A stretch of DNA of 63,986 nucleotides, the filler included, from Octopus bimaculoides (lineage: Eukaryota): the NCBI RefSeq assembly GCF_001194135.2. It is 5 parts of 5 records of this genome, joined end to end, with 100 filler letters (N's around TTAATTAATTAA, not from the genome) between each part and the next. Parts side by side here need not be neighbours in the genome. Positions count along the whole stretch, not along the records: positions 47,022 to 56,379 come from NC_068999.1; positions 56,480 to 61,750 come from NW_026377103.1; positions 61,851 to 63,986 come from NW_026311246.1; 2 more parts are not named here. One strand, 5' to 3'. The notes under the pieces are model-generated. The model did no database searches. It was given only the letters and a program-made list of their open reading frames with translations, and was not told where the DNA came from. Below, one piece after another: positions 48,903 through 62,149 of this stretch (positions are counted from its first letter, which is position 1; each line of letters begins with the position of its first letter). Made by a program: the position numbers and the translations under genes.

Positions 48903-49593
48903 CATATATATATATTTATCTGTATGTAGATGTATATGTACATTGTTATATACATATATGTTTATATGTGTATATATATATATATGCGTGATAATATACG
49001 TATTCATATACATACACACACACACACGCACACATACGCACGCACACATGCATGCACACACACACGTACCCACACACACATACGTATATACATATAAAAT
49101 ACGCATAACTAGAATTCCTTTATGGAAGAAAAGAAGCGGGAGGTGGGGGGGGAAACAAAACAAGAAAGGATTGACAGCATCATAGAAGATGTGACGTAAG
49201 CTGTTTACAACGAAAATAAAATGATTTGGCTATTTAGTGTAATGGCCGTTCATATCTGTAACGTTTGCATGGTAACTATCAATCTCTTATTATGTTAGTT
49301 GATTGTTACCAATACATACATGGAGCCAGACATCTTGTTAGTCTAAGTAAATTCTATCGAAAATCAATTTTTTTTCATCGGCACAATGGCTTAGATTTAT
49401 GATAGAAACAACGTTTTATTATGGCACGATTAGTGCGTTTATTTATATATTCATTTAGTTTGAAAGCTATTTGGAACGTAAGCGAATTAAAATGGTTAAG
49501 AGCGACGGGAGTTGAAATTGGTTCGTAGACTTAAATTGAAAAGTGGAAGACATGTGTGTGTGTATGTGCTTTAATTCTCTCTCCCTTTCTCTA

Positions 49594-49642
<49 letters not shown>

Positions 49643-49836
49643 GTCTACTACCTGTCTGTCTGTCTATTAATACATATATATATATATATTTATATGTATA
49701 TATATATACATATATATAGACAAACGTATATACATACAATACAATTATAAAATATATATACATACATATATATATATATATACATACATACACACACGCA
49801 TACATACACACATACACACACATACACACACACACT

Positions 49837-49917
<81 letters not shown>

Positions 49918-50654
49918 CCCTAAGCGCTCAGGAAGAAAAGGAAGTAGTTTTTACCGTTTCGGGCATACGCTCTTCTTCAGAAAGGATATATGAGTAGAAA
50001 AAAATGTGCTCATGGCGACGAAAGGACTTTGACAAACAAAACTGATTGATTGGTTAACCGAAAGATTAATCAAACAATCGATTGCTTCATTGGTTTGGTA
50101 GTCCAGTAGTTAACAAACTGACCAATAATGAAGAAGTGAAATAGAAGCAGTGCANNNNNNNNNNACAATCTGCCATTACAAAACAAAAGATTTCCCCCCT
50201 CCGCTTCCACGCTAAACGATAACCGGTTAAATTGACTGGAACATTCATATTAGAGAATGTTTACATTTTTCACAACTTTTGCTTTAATCAGATTATTTTT
50301 TTTAAATTTCATCCTGTTTTATTTTATTTTATTTTTATATGGTTATCGATCTAATATCTACGAATAATTTCCTTCGTTGTCGTTTTAAAATGGCCCTTAC
50401 GCTCGTCAAAAAAAAAAAAAACACGATAAAAACATTTAAAATTTTTTTTTTTTCCTACCAGGAAAAAAATGGAGGAACAAACAACAAAACAAAAAACTCC
50501 AAGCAACTGGGAAACCATTCAATGTTAGTTCGAGAATCGATAAAAGTATCGAACATCTATCATCTTGACTCAATGAAAAATCATAAAATGTTTTCACCTC
50601 ATTTATGCACTTACTCATTATTTTCCTTCTAGTTTTACCTTTTTACATGTTTCA

Positions 50655-50908
50655 AGACATTGGACTGCAGCCATACTGGGGCACCGCGTTGAAAGGTTTT
50701 AGTCCGAACGAAACGACTCTAGAACTTTTTTTTTTAAGCCCGATAATTATCCTATCGATGACTTTTGCCGAATCGCTCAGTTACAGGGACGTAAATATAC
50801 CAACGCAGGTTCTCAAGCAATGATGGGATGGCAAATAAAACACACACAGACGCACCCACATACATACCCACATACATACATATATGTATATACACATACA
50901 TGCATACA

Positions 50909-50942
<34 letters not shown>

Positions 50943-51075
50943 CATACATATATACAAAGAGTCTTCTGTCTATTTCCGTCTACCGATTCCACTCATAAGG
51001 CTTTGTCGGAAGATATTTGTGCCACCTTGTGGTTGGGAAGCAAACTTCTTACCAATGAGCCACGCCTGCACACAC
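50655..51075 (-). mobile_element. SINE family A, full length with internal (CATA)n
   Basis: Reverse-complemented 3' half, microsatellite, then reverse-complemented 5' half. Confidence 0.8.
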
Positions 51076-51580
51076 ACTTTTAACTACAATGAAGAAATAC
51101 AAGGTTGCCACGTTGGGGCAAGGAAATGAAAAGAATTTCAAAGAAACAGCAACGATTTCGTATTGGAAGACCAAGTCAGGACATCCCATCTTACGAACGT
51201 TAGTAACAGGATGTTGAGGTTGTTTATTTACTCAATCGTTCATCTGGTTCACATATGGTTCGTGTTTTCTCAGACACCGAGACACGAAAGTTTGTAGAAT
51301 AAACCAGGAACTAAGTTAATTATTTCCCCTCTTCCCTCTTTCACCCCGGTGTATGTGCGTGAATGTGCATGCATGTATGTATGTAGGTATGTAAGCATGT
51401 ATGTACGTATATATATGTATATATATATGGGAGGGATATATGTATTTGTGAGTGTGTATGCATATATATGTATGAGTGTATACACACACACATGCACACA
51501 TTTATATATATACATATATACATGTTTATATACGTATATATATATATATGCATATATGTGTATGTATGTATATATATATA

Positions 51581-51636
<56 letters not shown>

Positions 51637-52559
51637 AATGTAATTTCAGTGCAGGAAACGAAAGAAGTTAAAAAGAAAGTAGAGCAATGCATTAAAAAAA
51701 GATAATCATGTTCTGTATTTTTCTTTTGNNNNNNNNNNNNNNNNNNNNNNNNNNNNNNNNNNNNNNNNNNNNNNNNNNNNNNNNNNNNNNNNNNNNNNNN
51801 NNNNNNNNNNNNNNNNNNNNNNNNNNNNNNNNNNNNNNNNNNNNNNNNNNNNNNNNNNNNNNNNNNNNNNNNNNNNNNNNNNNNNNNNNNNNNNNNNNNN
51901 NNNNNNNNNNNNNNNNNNNNNNNNNNNNNNNNNNNNNNNNNNNNNNNNNNNNNNNNNNNNNNNNNNNNNNNNNNNNNNNNNNNNNNNNNNNNNNNNNNNN
52001 NNNNNNNNNNNNNNNNNNNNNNNNNNNNNNNNNNNNNNNNNNNNNNNNNNNNNNNNNNNNNNNNNNNNNNNNNNNNNNNNNNNNNNNNNNNNNNNNNNNN
52101 NNNNNNNNNNNNNNNNNNNNNNNNNNNNNNNNNNNNNNNNNNNNNNNNNNNNNNNNNNNNNNNNNNNNNNNNNNNNNNNNNNNNNNNNNNNNNNNNNNNN
52201 NNNNNNNNNNNNNNNNNNNNNNNNNNNNNNNNNNNNNNNNNNNNNNNNNNNNNNNNNNNNNNNNNNNNNNNNNNNNNNNNNNNNNNNNNNNNNNNNNNNN
52301 NNNNNNNNNNNNNNNNNNNNNNNNNNNNNNNNNNNNNNNNNNNNNNNNNNNNNNNNNNNNNNNNNNNNNNNNNNNNNNNNNNNNNNNNNNNNNNNNNNNN
52401 NNNNNNNNNNNNNNNNNNNNNNNNNNNNNNNNNNNNNNNNNNNNNNNNNNNNNNNNNNNNNNNNNNNNNNNNNNNNNNNNNNNNNNNNNNNNNNNNNNNN
52501 NNNNNNNNNNNNNNNNNNNNNNNNNNNNNNNNNNNNNNNNNNNNNNNNNNNNNNNNNNN

Positions 52560-52885
52560 GTCGACCTTGCCTTTCATCCTTTCGGGATCGATAAATTAAG
52601 TATCAGTTACGCACTGGAGCGATGTTATCGACTTAATCCCTTTGTCTGTCCTTGTTTGTCCCCTCTATGTTTAGTCCCGTGTGGGCAATAAAGAAATAAG
52701 AAACGTTAGCACGCCGGGCGAAATGTGTAGCGGTATTTCGTTTGTTCAAATTCCGCCGAGGTCGACTTTGCCTTTCATGCTGTCGGACTCGATAAATTAA
52801 GTACCAGTTGCGTAATGGGGTCGATCTAATCGACTGGTCCCTTCCCCCAAAATTTCGGGCCTTGTGCCTAGAGTAGAAAAGAATT
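52560..52885 (+). mobile_element. Two tandem family N SINEs with different tails
   Basis: The first ends in the tttgtctgtccttgtttgtcccct tail; the second in the cccccaaaatttcgggccttgtgcc tail. Confidence 0.85.
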
Positions 52886-53471
52886 GACCACTGGCAGTAG
52901 CAGTCGTACGATATAGTGCAGCAGAAGCAGCAGAAGCAGCAGCATTCGTTAATTAACACGAAACAGAAATAGATATATTTGACATGACTACGAAAAAGAT
53001 TGTCAAAATATGGCAGCGTTCATTTCTGCTGAATTTTTCTCTTTAAATGACCGGAAAAAAAAATCAGGTGGAAGAGAGGCGGGGAGATGGAGAGATGAAT
53101 GATATACTGAGGAACGTGGAGTAGATGTAGGAAGCGGGATAGATTTTTGTCTGGCAAATGGTGAAGAATTGTTATTTCAAATAGAAGACGTCAGTTGCCA
53201 ACATAAATAAAAGAGAAACATCAAAGAAAAAAAAAGTAATAAAGAAAGATGAAGAAAAAAAAAAACAGAGAAAGGAAAATGATGAGCGATCCGAGATAAA
53301 GAAAAAAGATATGCCAAATTTATGGATTCCTCAGGCGGCTGAAGAATCTAACGAAAAAATTCTGGAATGTATTGTTGGAAAGAGTTTTGAATAAAGAGAT
53401 TGGAGACATTTTCTAAATAAATGTTCAAGCGCAAGGACCAACTATAAAATCTATCTATCTATCTACCTACA

Positions 53472-53522
<51 letters not shown>

Positions 53523-53579
53523 TTATCTATCTATCTACCTACCTACCTACATATCTATCTATCTATATCTATCTATTTT

Positions 53580-53749
53580 GTTTCTTTATTGCCCACAAGG
53601 GGCTAAACATAGAGGGGACAAACAAGGACAGACAAAGGGATTAAGCCGATTAAATCGACCCAAGTGCGTAACTGGTACTTAATTTATCGATCCCGAAAAG
53701 ATGAAGGACAAAGTCGACCTCGGCGGAATTTGAAATCAGAACGTAACGG
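53580..53749 (-). mobile_element. SINE family N with the alternative tail
   Basis: Reverse complement matches 52560-52700. Confidence 0.85.
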
Positions 53750-54516
53750 NNNNNNNNNNNNNNNNNNNNNNNNNNNNNNNNNNNNNNNNNNNNNNNNNNN
53801 NNNNNNNNNNNNNNNNNNNNNNNNNNNNNNNNNNNNNNNNNNNNNNNNNNNNNNNNNNNNNNNNNNNNNNNNNNNNNNNNNNNNNNNNNNNNNNNNNNNN
53901 NNNNNNNNNNNNNNNNNNNNNNNNNNNNNNNNNNNNNNNNNNNNNNNNNNNNNNNNNNNNNNNNNNNNNNNNNNNNNNNNNNNNNNNNNNNNNNNNNNNN
54001 NNNNNNNNNNNNNNNNNNNNNNNNNNNNNNNNNNNNNNNNNNNNNNNNNNNNNNNNNNNNNNNNNNNNNNNNNNNNNNNNNNNNNNNNNNNNNNNNNNNN
54101 NNNNNNNNNNNNNNNNNNNNNNNNNNNNNNNNNNNNNNNNNNNNNNNNNNNNNNNNNNNNNNNNNNNNNNNNNNNNNNNNNNNNNNNNNNNNNNNNNNNN
54201 NNNNNNNNNNNNNNNNNNNNNNNNNNNNNNNNNNNNNNNNNNNNNNNNNNNNNNNNNNNNNNNNNNNNNNNNNNNNNNNNNNNNNNNNNNNNNNNNNNNN
54301 NNNNNNNNNNNNNNNNNNNNNNNNNNNNNNNNNNNNNNNNNNNNNNNNNNNNNNNNNNNNNNNNNNNNNNNNNNNNNNNNNNNNNNNNNNNNNNNNNNNN
54401 NNNNNNNNNNNNNNNNNNNNNNNNNNNNNNNNNNNNNNNNNNNNNNNNNNNNNNNNNNNNNNNNNNNNNNNNNNNNNNNNNNNNNNNNNNNNNNNNNNNN
54501 NNNNNNNNNNNNNNNN

Positions 54517-54558
<42 letters not shown>

Positions 54559-54690
54559 GAGTAGAGTGAATCTAACACGGCAGGAAATAACTTAGACGAT
54601 AATGCTATAATAGAGCGATGTAAGGATTCATTAAACTCTATTATTTCGATATAACAAACAACGAAAGCTACTTCTGTAATAATAACAAAT

Positions 54691-54762
<72 letters not shown>

Positions 54763-55137
54763 GTAATAATAATAATAATGGCAACAACAACAACAATAAT
54801 AATAATGATGATTAAAACATAAAAAGGCAATATTCATACAAATAAAAGCAAAACTAATGATTTCTTTCATTTGTACACTTACATGTATAATGTATTTTAT
54901 GTATGTATATCTGCACATTTAATCACAGCAGTTCTTCCTTATATTGTCTTTTACACCCTCCCTACATAACTCATATCTCACATCACCACTTGTACAAACC
55001 ACTTTCTCGATGTTAATGTAATAGAAATAACTCGTACTTCACACTGTTTCTTTCGCCAACCATCGTCTCTGAAGGAAGGCTGAAGAAAGTGTAAGAGGAC
55101 TAGAGTAAGCGGGGTAGAGAGAGAAAGAAAGACAGGA

Positions 55138-55176
<39 letters not shown>

Positions 55177-55766
55177 AAGTAAAAGGATAGGAGAAAGAAG
55201 GTGGTGTTTTTCTGGCAGACGACATTATCGTCTGGTCATAGTATTATATTTCTGTTATATTTTCCGAAAGAGAAAGTGTGTGTGAGAGAGAGAGGGGGGA
55301 AGAAAAGGAGAGAGAAAGAGAGAGGTAGAGATAGAGAGAAGTGGAGGAAATAGAAGAGGAAAAAAACAGGTTCGTTTTCTGGCAGACGACATTATCGTCT
55401 AGTCGTTTTCCTAGATTTTCCGCCATGTTAAGTGACATCGCTATATCGGCTGGTCCAGGTGTTCAGCAAAGCAACTCTGAAATGATGGTCGCTTTACCTC
55501 TGAAGAATACTAACATAATCTTCCCCAAATCACACCCTACTCCTTAAAATAAAGGATATTTTGGTGAATCTAGCGCCTGATATATGCGAAGTTGTAACGT
55601 CATTAATACACTTCATCAAAGCTGATTTGGAGCCAAGTGACAATAACAAGACAACAATAGCTGGAGCAACAATGAAGCCTCGACGTATTCTCTAGCCTGG
55701 ATGTGTTTGCTCGGCCAGCTAGAAATGGAAGCCAAATCACACCCTACCATTTTAAAAATGAGAAAG

Positions 55767-55821
<55 letters not shown>

Positions 55822-55851
55822 GAGACAGACAGACAGACAGAGAGCATGAAT

Positions 55852-55885
<34 letters not shown>

Positions 55886-56086
55886 GAGAAGGTGAGACCG
55901 AGCGAAAGTGTGCATGAGAGAGAGGGAGAGAGAGACAGAGAGCGTAAACGAGAGTGACGGAGAGAGAGAGAAAGAGCGCGACAGAGAGAAATTGAGCGAG
56001 AAAGAGAGAGAAAGTGAGTAAATGAGTGAGTGAGAGATAGAGAGTGAGAGGCAGAAAGACAGACAGAGGATGAGAAGGAGAGAGGA

Positions 56087-56141
<55 letters not shown>

Positions 56142-56379
56142 GTGCGTGTAGTTGATGTTAGCCGCCGTAAAAACAATGTGTTTGATGAGAAGAGCAGCGG
56201 AAGTCAACGTTGCTCATTGAGAAAGCCCGGTTGTAATGTCCAGGATAATAAATAAAAATAATAAAGACTAAAAAAAAAAAGCAATGTCTACGAGGAGGAA
56301 ATGAATGAAAATCAAACTTCATTAGTCATTAGTCATTAGTCATTCCAGTCATTGATTTAGAAGAAGAATCTCATTTATA

Positions 56380-56479
56380 NNNNNNNNNNNNNNNNNNNNN
56401 NNNNNNNNNNNNNNNNNNNNNNNTTAATTAATTAANNNNNNNNNNNNNNNNNNNNNNNNNNNNNNNNNNNNNNNNNNNN
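56380..56479. other. Synthetic scaffold-join spacer
   Basis: 44 N + TTAATTAATTAA + 44 N. Confidence 0.9.
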
Positions 56480-57230
56480 GCTCATCATTGTCTGCATATT
56501 ATTTACCAACAACAGGAGGACCCCCAACTCATATGAGAAGGAAAATAGCAATAATTCTTGAATTGCAAACATCAAGTGATGATTTCTTATGGCATTTTCA
56601 TAATCTTTGACCTGGCGCAGTTCAAAGTAGAGACAATAAGAACAGTTATAGGAACATCAAATAAAGAACATTGGACATTTTCACTGATTAATAGATTTCT
56701 ACATGGCTCGCGAGGTAATAGGTCTTTTAGCTTGGAGAGACGTTATTATCGTTTCCTGTCCCAATGGGTTTGCATGGCTGTACAGTTATTAAATGGCAAC
56801 ACTGTGCTGATAAAGATATCAATATTTGGTTGAGGTGGTGACGATTTATTTCGCAAAATTGACACCCTAATGACCCGTGCAAATACATTAATATTATGCT
56901 CTTTCCTTTCACTTTCACATTCGCACGCTCTGTCATTCTGTATACCTTACTTTTAAAACCCTCAATTTCTCTGTCCTTTTCTCTGTGACTTTCGCATACC
57001 CTCGCTCACTGTCTCTTGCACTTTCTCTTCTGCTGTCTGCTTTTCTTTTCCTCCCTCTTTTATTCCTTCTGTCCAGCTTATTAGTACATATACCAGGCGT
57101 CTATATATTACACTATCTTCTCTTAATCAAACTTTCCCTTTCACTATTCCTCTCATATATTCATCGCCGTTATCAAACTCTATGACAATGTCTCACTCTT
57201 TGTTATCATCTCTCTGGCACCTTCTTTTCC

Positions 57231-57276
<46 letters not shown>

Positions 57277-57280
57277 GTCA

Positions 57281-57392
<112 letters not shown>

Positions 57393-57477
57393 GTCTATGT
57401 GTGTACGTATGTATGTATGTATGTATGTATATATCTATCAATGTGTGTATGCATGTATTTATCTGTCTGTCTGTCTA

Positions 57478-57513
<36 letters not shown>

Positions 57514-57816
57514 TATTCATTCATACATACACACACACATACACACATAAATGTATACAAACATATTTGACTATGTCTAGTTAACAAACACTACTTTACA
57601 ATCGCTCTTTGCACGCACACACGTGCACACATATGCATATATGAATATATGTATGTATGTTCCTGTATACACACATGCATACACGTACACCCATACTCAT
57701 ACCCGCATTTGTATCACCTGATGAATATACATTCTCGTTTTGCATATTCATATGTCCTTCCCACCTTCTCTACAGAAATATTTCTATCTCTTACACAATT
57801 TCACATGCACACACAC

Positions 57817-57862
<46 letters not shown>

Positions 57863-58230
57863 TCCCACCCTCTTTATCGCTCTCTTTCTCTCATTTTTCC
57901 CCTTTCTCTTTGTACTTAAGTCACAATCTCTCTCTCTCTCCCTCCCTCATTCTCTATCTCTGTGTCTCTGTTACCCTATGACAATAACTCCTGCTTAACA
58001 GCACCAAGGAAACAAAGAACACGCAGAAACAAACAAAAGACAAAAAACAGAAGGAAATGAAAAAGAAAAGTAAAAGTAAAAAATGAGATGAAGGGAAAGA
58101 CGAAATCAACGACAAAGAACCCAACACGTGAAAGTGAAACCTCTAAAATACTTAAAAACAAAACAACGGAATATATCGTACAGAAATGTATAGAATAGAA
58201 CAACAATATTTCGCAGGCAACACGGGCGCG

Positions 58231-58285
<55 letters not shown>

Positions 58286-59261
58286 CAAAGGATAAAAAAT
58301 TCCAGAAGTTACGGAGTTAATGCAAAATGTAATAATTGAAAAAGTAATAAAATAAAACAAACGCTGTATCGATTGATAGCAACCAAATCGAAAACAACTT
58401 TCTGATACCATTTTAACTCACAACGAAATATGACGCATGTGAATTGGATTAGCAAGTGTTGTACATGGTGTATTTTTTCTTAAAACATTTATTTTTGACT
58501 GTAATCTTTGATAATGATTATACATTGTTTATTAATCGTTAATTAGGATAACTGAAGAGATACTTAGCGAACAGAAAAGAAGCTAAATCATGTGAAGTTT
58601 TTAGTAAGGAGCCATTTACTAATCAGGTGTTCGTCAGTTAATAAATAACGATGACTTAAAGGCAAGGCAAGAAATGCTAAGAGTTAAGTGTCTATTAAAG
58701 CAGATTTTGAATATACTCCTCACAACTTGAAGCTTTCCATTCACTTGACTAGTACAAGTTTCTATGAAATTGGAGTGTACACAATTGTAAAGGTATTGCT
58801 TTTATATCTTCAACAATTATGCTCATTGTTAATTGCTTAGTCATGCTACCTCTCATTCATTAACTACTACTAACAATTACAATTAATAACTTATCTCCTC
58901 TACCTTCATTCCCCGATGAGAATTACTTCTCTATCCCTTCAGTTTCCTCCTACTTCACTACTACGGATATTGCCTCTGTTATCAGCAAATTTCCGAATTT
59001 ATAGTTTTATCATCGCTGTTTGAAGGTCTTTGTTTTTAGCATTAAAACATCACCTGTTGTATGACGGGTTAATGTTGGGAATACAAATTTACCACAGTGG
59101 GTAATGTCTTGTGATGTTACATAGATACAGGAATTCTTATCTTTTCACGTATGTTGGTCAGGTAAAATTGAGTGATGCCTAAAGAAAACTATATGACCCT
59201 AAAGTTATTGTTGTAATTGATAGTTGATCATCATCATCATCATTATCATTAACAACTGACA

Positions 59262-60010
59262 GAGTCGTTAACATACCGGACAAAATGCTTAGCGGCAATC
59301 CGTCAGGTTCTACGTTGTGAGTTCAAATTCCGCCGAGATAGATTTTGCCTTTCATCCTACCTAGGTCGATAAAATAAGTAGCATTTAAGTCCTGGAGATC
59401 AATGTATTCGACTTTTCCCATTTTCCCAACTTGCTGGCATTGTGCCAAAATTGAAATAATTATTAAGGCAGTACGTTGGCTGAATCGTTAGCATACCAGG
59501 CAAAACGGTTAGCGGCATTTCGGAGTCAATAAAATAAGTACCAGTTGAACACTGGGATGGATTACATCGACTTACTCCCACCCATAAAATGTCTGGCCTT
59601 GTGCCAAAAATTGAAACCAATATTATTATTTAGATGGTGAAGCTGGCAGAATAAGTTACTGCGCCGGACAAAATGTTTAGTGGCACTCCTCCCGACTTAA
59701 CGTTCTGAGTTCAAATACTGCTAGGGTCTAATTTACCTTTCATCCTTAAGGGTCGATAAAATAAGTACCAGTTAATAACTGGCGTCGATGTAATCGACTT
59801 ACTTCTCCCACAATATCGCTAGCCTTGTATCAAAATTCTGAACATATCATTATTATTATTGATGTTCTGAGTTCAAAGTCAATCGAAGTCATCTATGCCT
59901 TTTATCCTTTCGGGGTAAATCAACTAAATACCATTACAGCGCTGAGGTCTATGAAATCGACTATTCTCCTTCCCTCCAATTTTATGCCTTGTGCTTATAG
60001 TAGAAAGAAT
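59262..60010 (+). mobile_element. Head-to-tail array of four family N SINE copies
   Basis: Copies at ~59262-59450, 59455-59625, 59634-59840 and 59862-60010, separated by short attatt tails. Confidence 0.85.
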
Positions 60011-61273
60011 TATTATTCTTTACTATTGAACACATATTTATGACAAATATATAAGAAATTTCTTTCCTTTAAATGTATCATAATCTAATAAATATTTTTA
60101 TACTGAAAATTAATATTCATTTCATTATTTCGTACACGCACCAAAACATTATAAAAACTGAAATCTTAATTATTGCACCTCTGTAACATAATTTGATACT
60201 ATTCACACCGGTAAAATATATATTCCCAAATTTTCCTGTCGTATGATGTGTAGCAAACTCTTTAATATGTTAACGTACAGAAAAAAAAAGTGACTACAGG
60301 AATTTCTCTAAGCAGCATTTAAGTTTAAAACAATAAGTTATCAAACTGATTCCAGTAAAGGATCCTTTAATAACTAAATGTATAATTTTTTGATGTCTTG
60401 ATATTTTTGTGTATTAGTTAAGAGTAAGTGAAAAGGCTACGATGTCCATGGACTCCACTGTCTCTCTGCAATCGGCGAGTTAAACGTAACCATAATTCTG
60501 GGAGTTGAAAGTTGTCAGTTACAGAGTATTACAAGAACGACTTTCTAGAAAAGATGTACTGAGTGAGTAGGTAGCAGAGAGTTTGAGGATAGCTAAAATA
60601 TAGGTGGCAAATGTGAGAGATGCGAGTGCACCCGAATTGCCGAAGTGGATGTGGCATCAGAAACCGAAAGAACACCAAGCTATCTTGTACCGAATATTTA
60701 AATTTGTGAACTTGAAATATTCAATAATAAAAGGAAGTTCAGGAAGTAAATTTTCCTGAAAACCTCAGTTTGTAAAGAAAATCTCACTTGCTTACTATAT
60801 ATTTCTTTCAGTAATTTATCGTAGTTATGATATATCTGTAATTTAAAGAAGCGTGAAAGTAAGCCTAGCATGTTTAGCGTGCTAGAAAAAGCAGCGCTCA
60901 CATAGTTATTATTGTAAGGTTTATAGCGTTCCAAACAGCCATACCAACAAAATCACTTCTCAATTTAAAAAAAAAAAATTATACAGGTATACTATATCAC
61001 GGAAGCCTCAAGTTATATTTTGTCTAATAGCATTCATTCATTAAATAAATGTATTTTTTTATATTGAGTATATAGAATATACTGTGGATGTTACAAATAG
61101 CGAATGAAAACTTGAAACGGAAACATTAAAATGAATATATATTAAATTATCATTAATGAAAAGAGAGGCGACAAGGAGTGTGAGACTGTTTCAAATGAAA
61201 CGGAAAATTTCGTCTGCAACGAGTTAATGTTGTTTACTAAATCTACTCCGCAGTGAATGCAGGATATGATTAA

Positions 61274-61741
61274 TTGTACCAGGATATGATTAATTGGACA
61301 TGTAGAGATAAAACCAAATGTAAATTTAATAATAATTGTGATTTGAAAGATATGGCGTATAAATACATAGTGACTTTAATGGATTGGAATAAATTTAATG
61401 GTTATAATTTAAATAAGATTTACATAGGATCAACTTCGAATAAAATTAAATTACGTGTGGCTCAACACATGAATTCCTTTAAGAATAGAAATTTGGTTAA
61501 TTCTACTGGTCTTAGTAAATATATTTGGGAACTAAAATCTAAAAACATTAAGTACATTTTAGATTGGGAGATAATCTGTAAGGCGAAATCTTATCGTATA
61601 GGTAGTAATTTTTGTATGTTGTGTACTAATAAATTTAAGAAGATAGCATTAAATAATAATAATACTTTGATTAACTCCCTTGATAAGCGTAAAACCAAAT
61701 GTAGACATAAATTAAATAGTGTATATACTAAGTTTAGCTAA
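61274..61741 (+). CDS. Penelope-type GIY-YIG endonuclease open frame (155 aa, probably a 5'-truncated element fragment)
   Basis: CRDKTKC...AY...KIYIGSTS..IKLRVAQHMNSF...LSKYIWELK...WEII...CMLC...KCRHK; no stop across 468 nt. The start codon is doubtful. Confidence 0.6.
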   Translation: MYQDMINWTCRDKTKCKFNNNCDLKDMAYKYIVTLMDWNKFNGYNLNKIYIGSTSNKIKLRVAQHMNSFKNRNLVNSTGLSKYIWELKSKNIKYILDWEIICKAKSYRIGSNFCMLCTNKFKKIALNNNNTLINSLDKRKTKCRHKLNSVYTKFS

Positions 61742-61750
61742 CTGTGTATG

Positions 61751-61850
61751 NNNNNNNNNNNNNNNNNNNNNNNNNNNNNNNNNNNNNNNNNNNNTTAATT
61801 AATTAANNNNNNNNNNNNNNNNNNNNNNNNNNNNNNNNNNNNNNNNNNNN
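61751..61850. other. Synthetic scaffold-join spacer
   Basis: 44 N + TTAATTAATTAA + 44 N. Confidence 0.9.
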
Positions 61851-61894
61851 ACTCCACATCAAATAATAAAACTTCCATTTAACAATGGTTATGT

Positions 61895-62075
61895 ATGTAT
61901 GTATTTCTTTTATTCTGCGGCCATGATGGAGCACCGCCTTTAGTCGAGCAAATCGACCCACAACACACACACATGCACATATATATACGACGGACTTCTT
62001 TCAGTTTCCGTCTACCAAATCCAATCCCTAGGCTTTGGTCAGCCCAAGACTATAGTAGAAGATGGATTTCACTGC
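61895..62075 (-). mobile_element. Internally collapsed family A SINE
   Basis: Reverse-complemented tail, short microsatellite, then the ttctttcagtttccgtctaccaaatcc segment. Confidence 0.7.
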
Positions 62076-62149
62076 TTACCTCGATGGCTTGCCACGACTC
62101 TCAGTAAGAGATGCGAAATGTTGCGAAAGGCCGATAACAATTTAGGAAA

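Noticed and set aside
56319-56355. (cattagt)x3 as clustered AP-1-like sites
   Set aside because: A short slippage repeat next to a scaffold end with no supporting context.
60698-60934. Minus-strand ORF with AAFSS..NYDK.LKEI, faintly like a Penelope RT C-terminus
   Set aside because: Similarity is too weak to call without a profile search.
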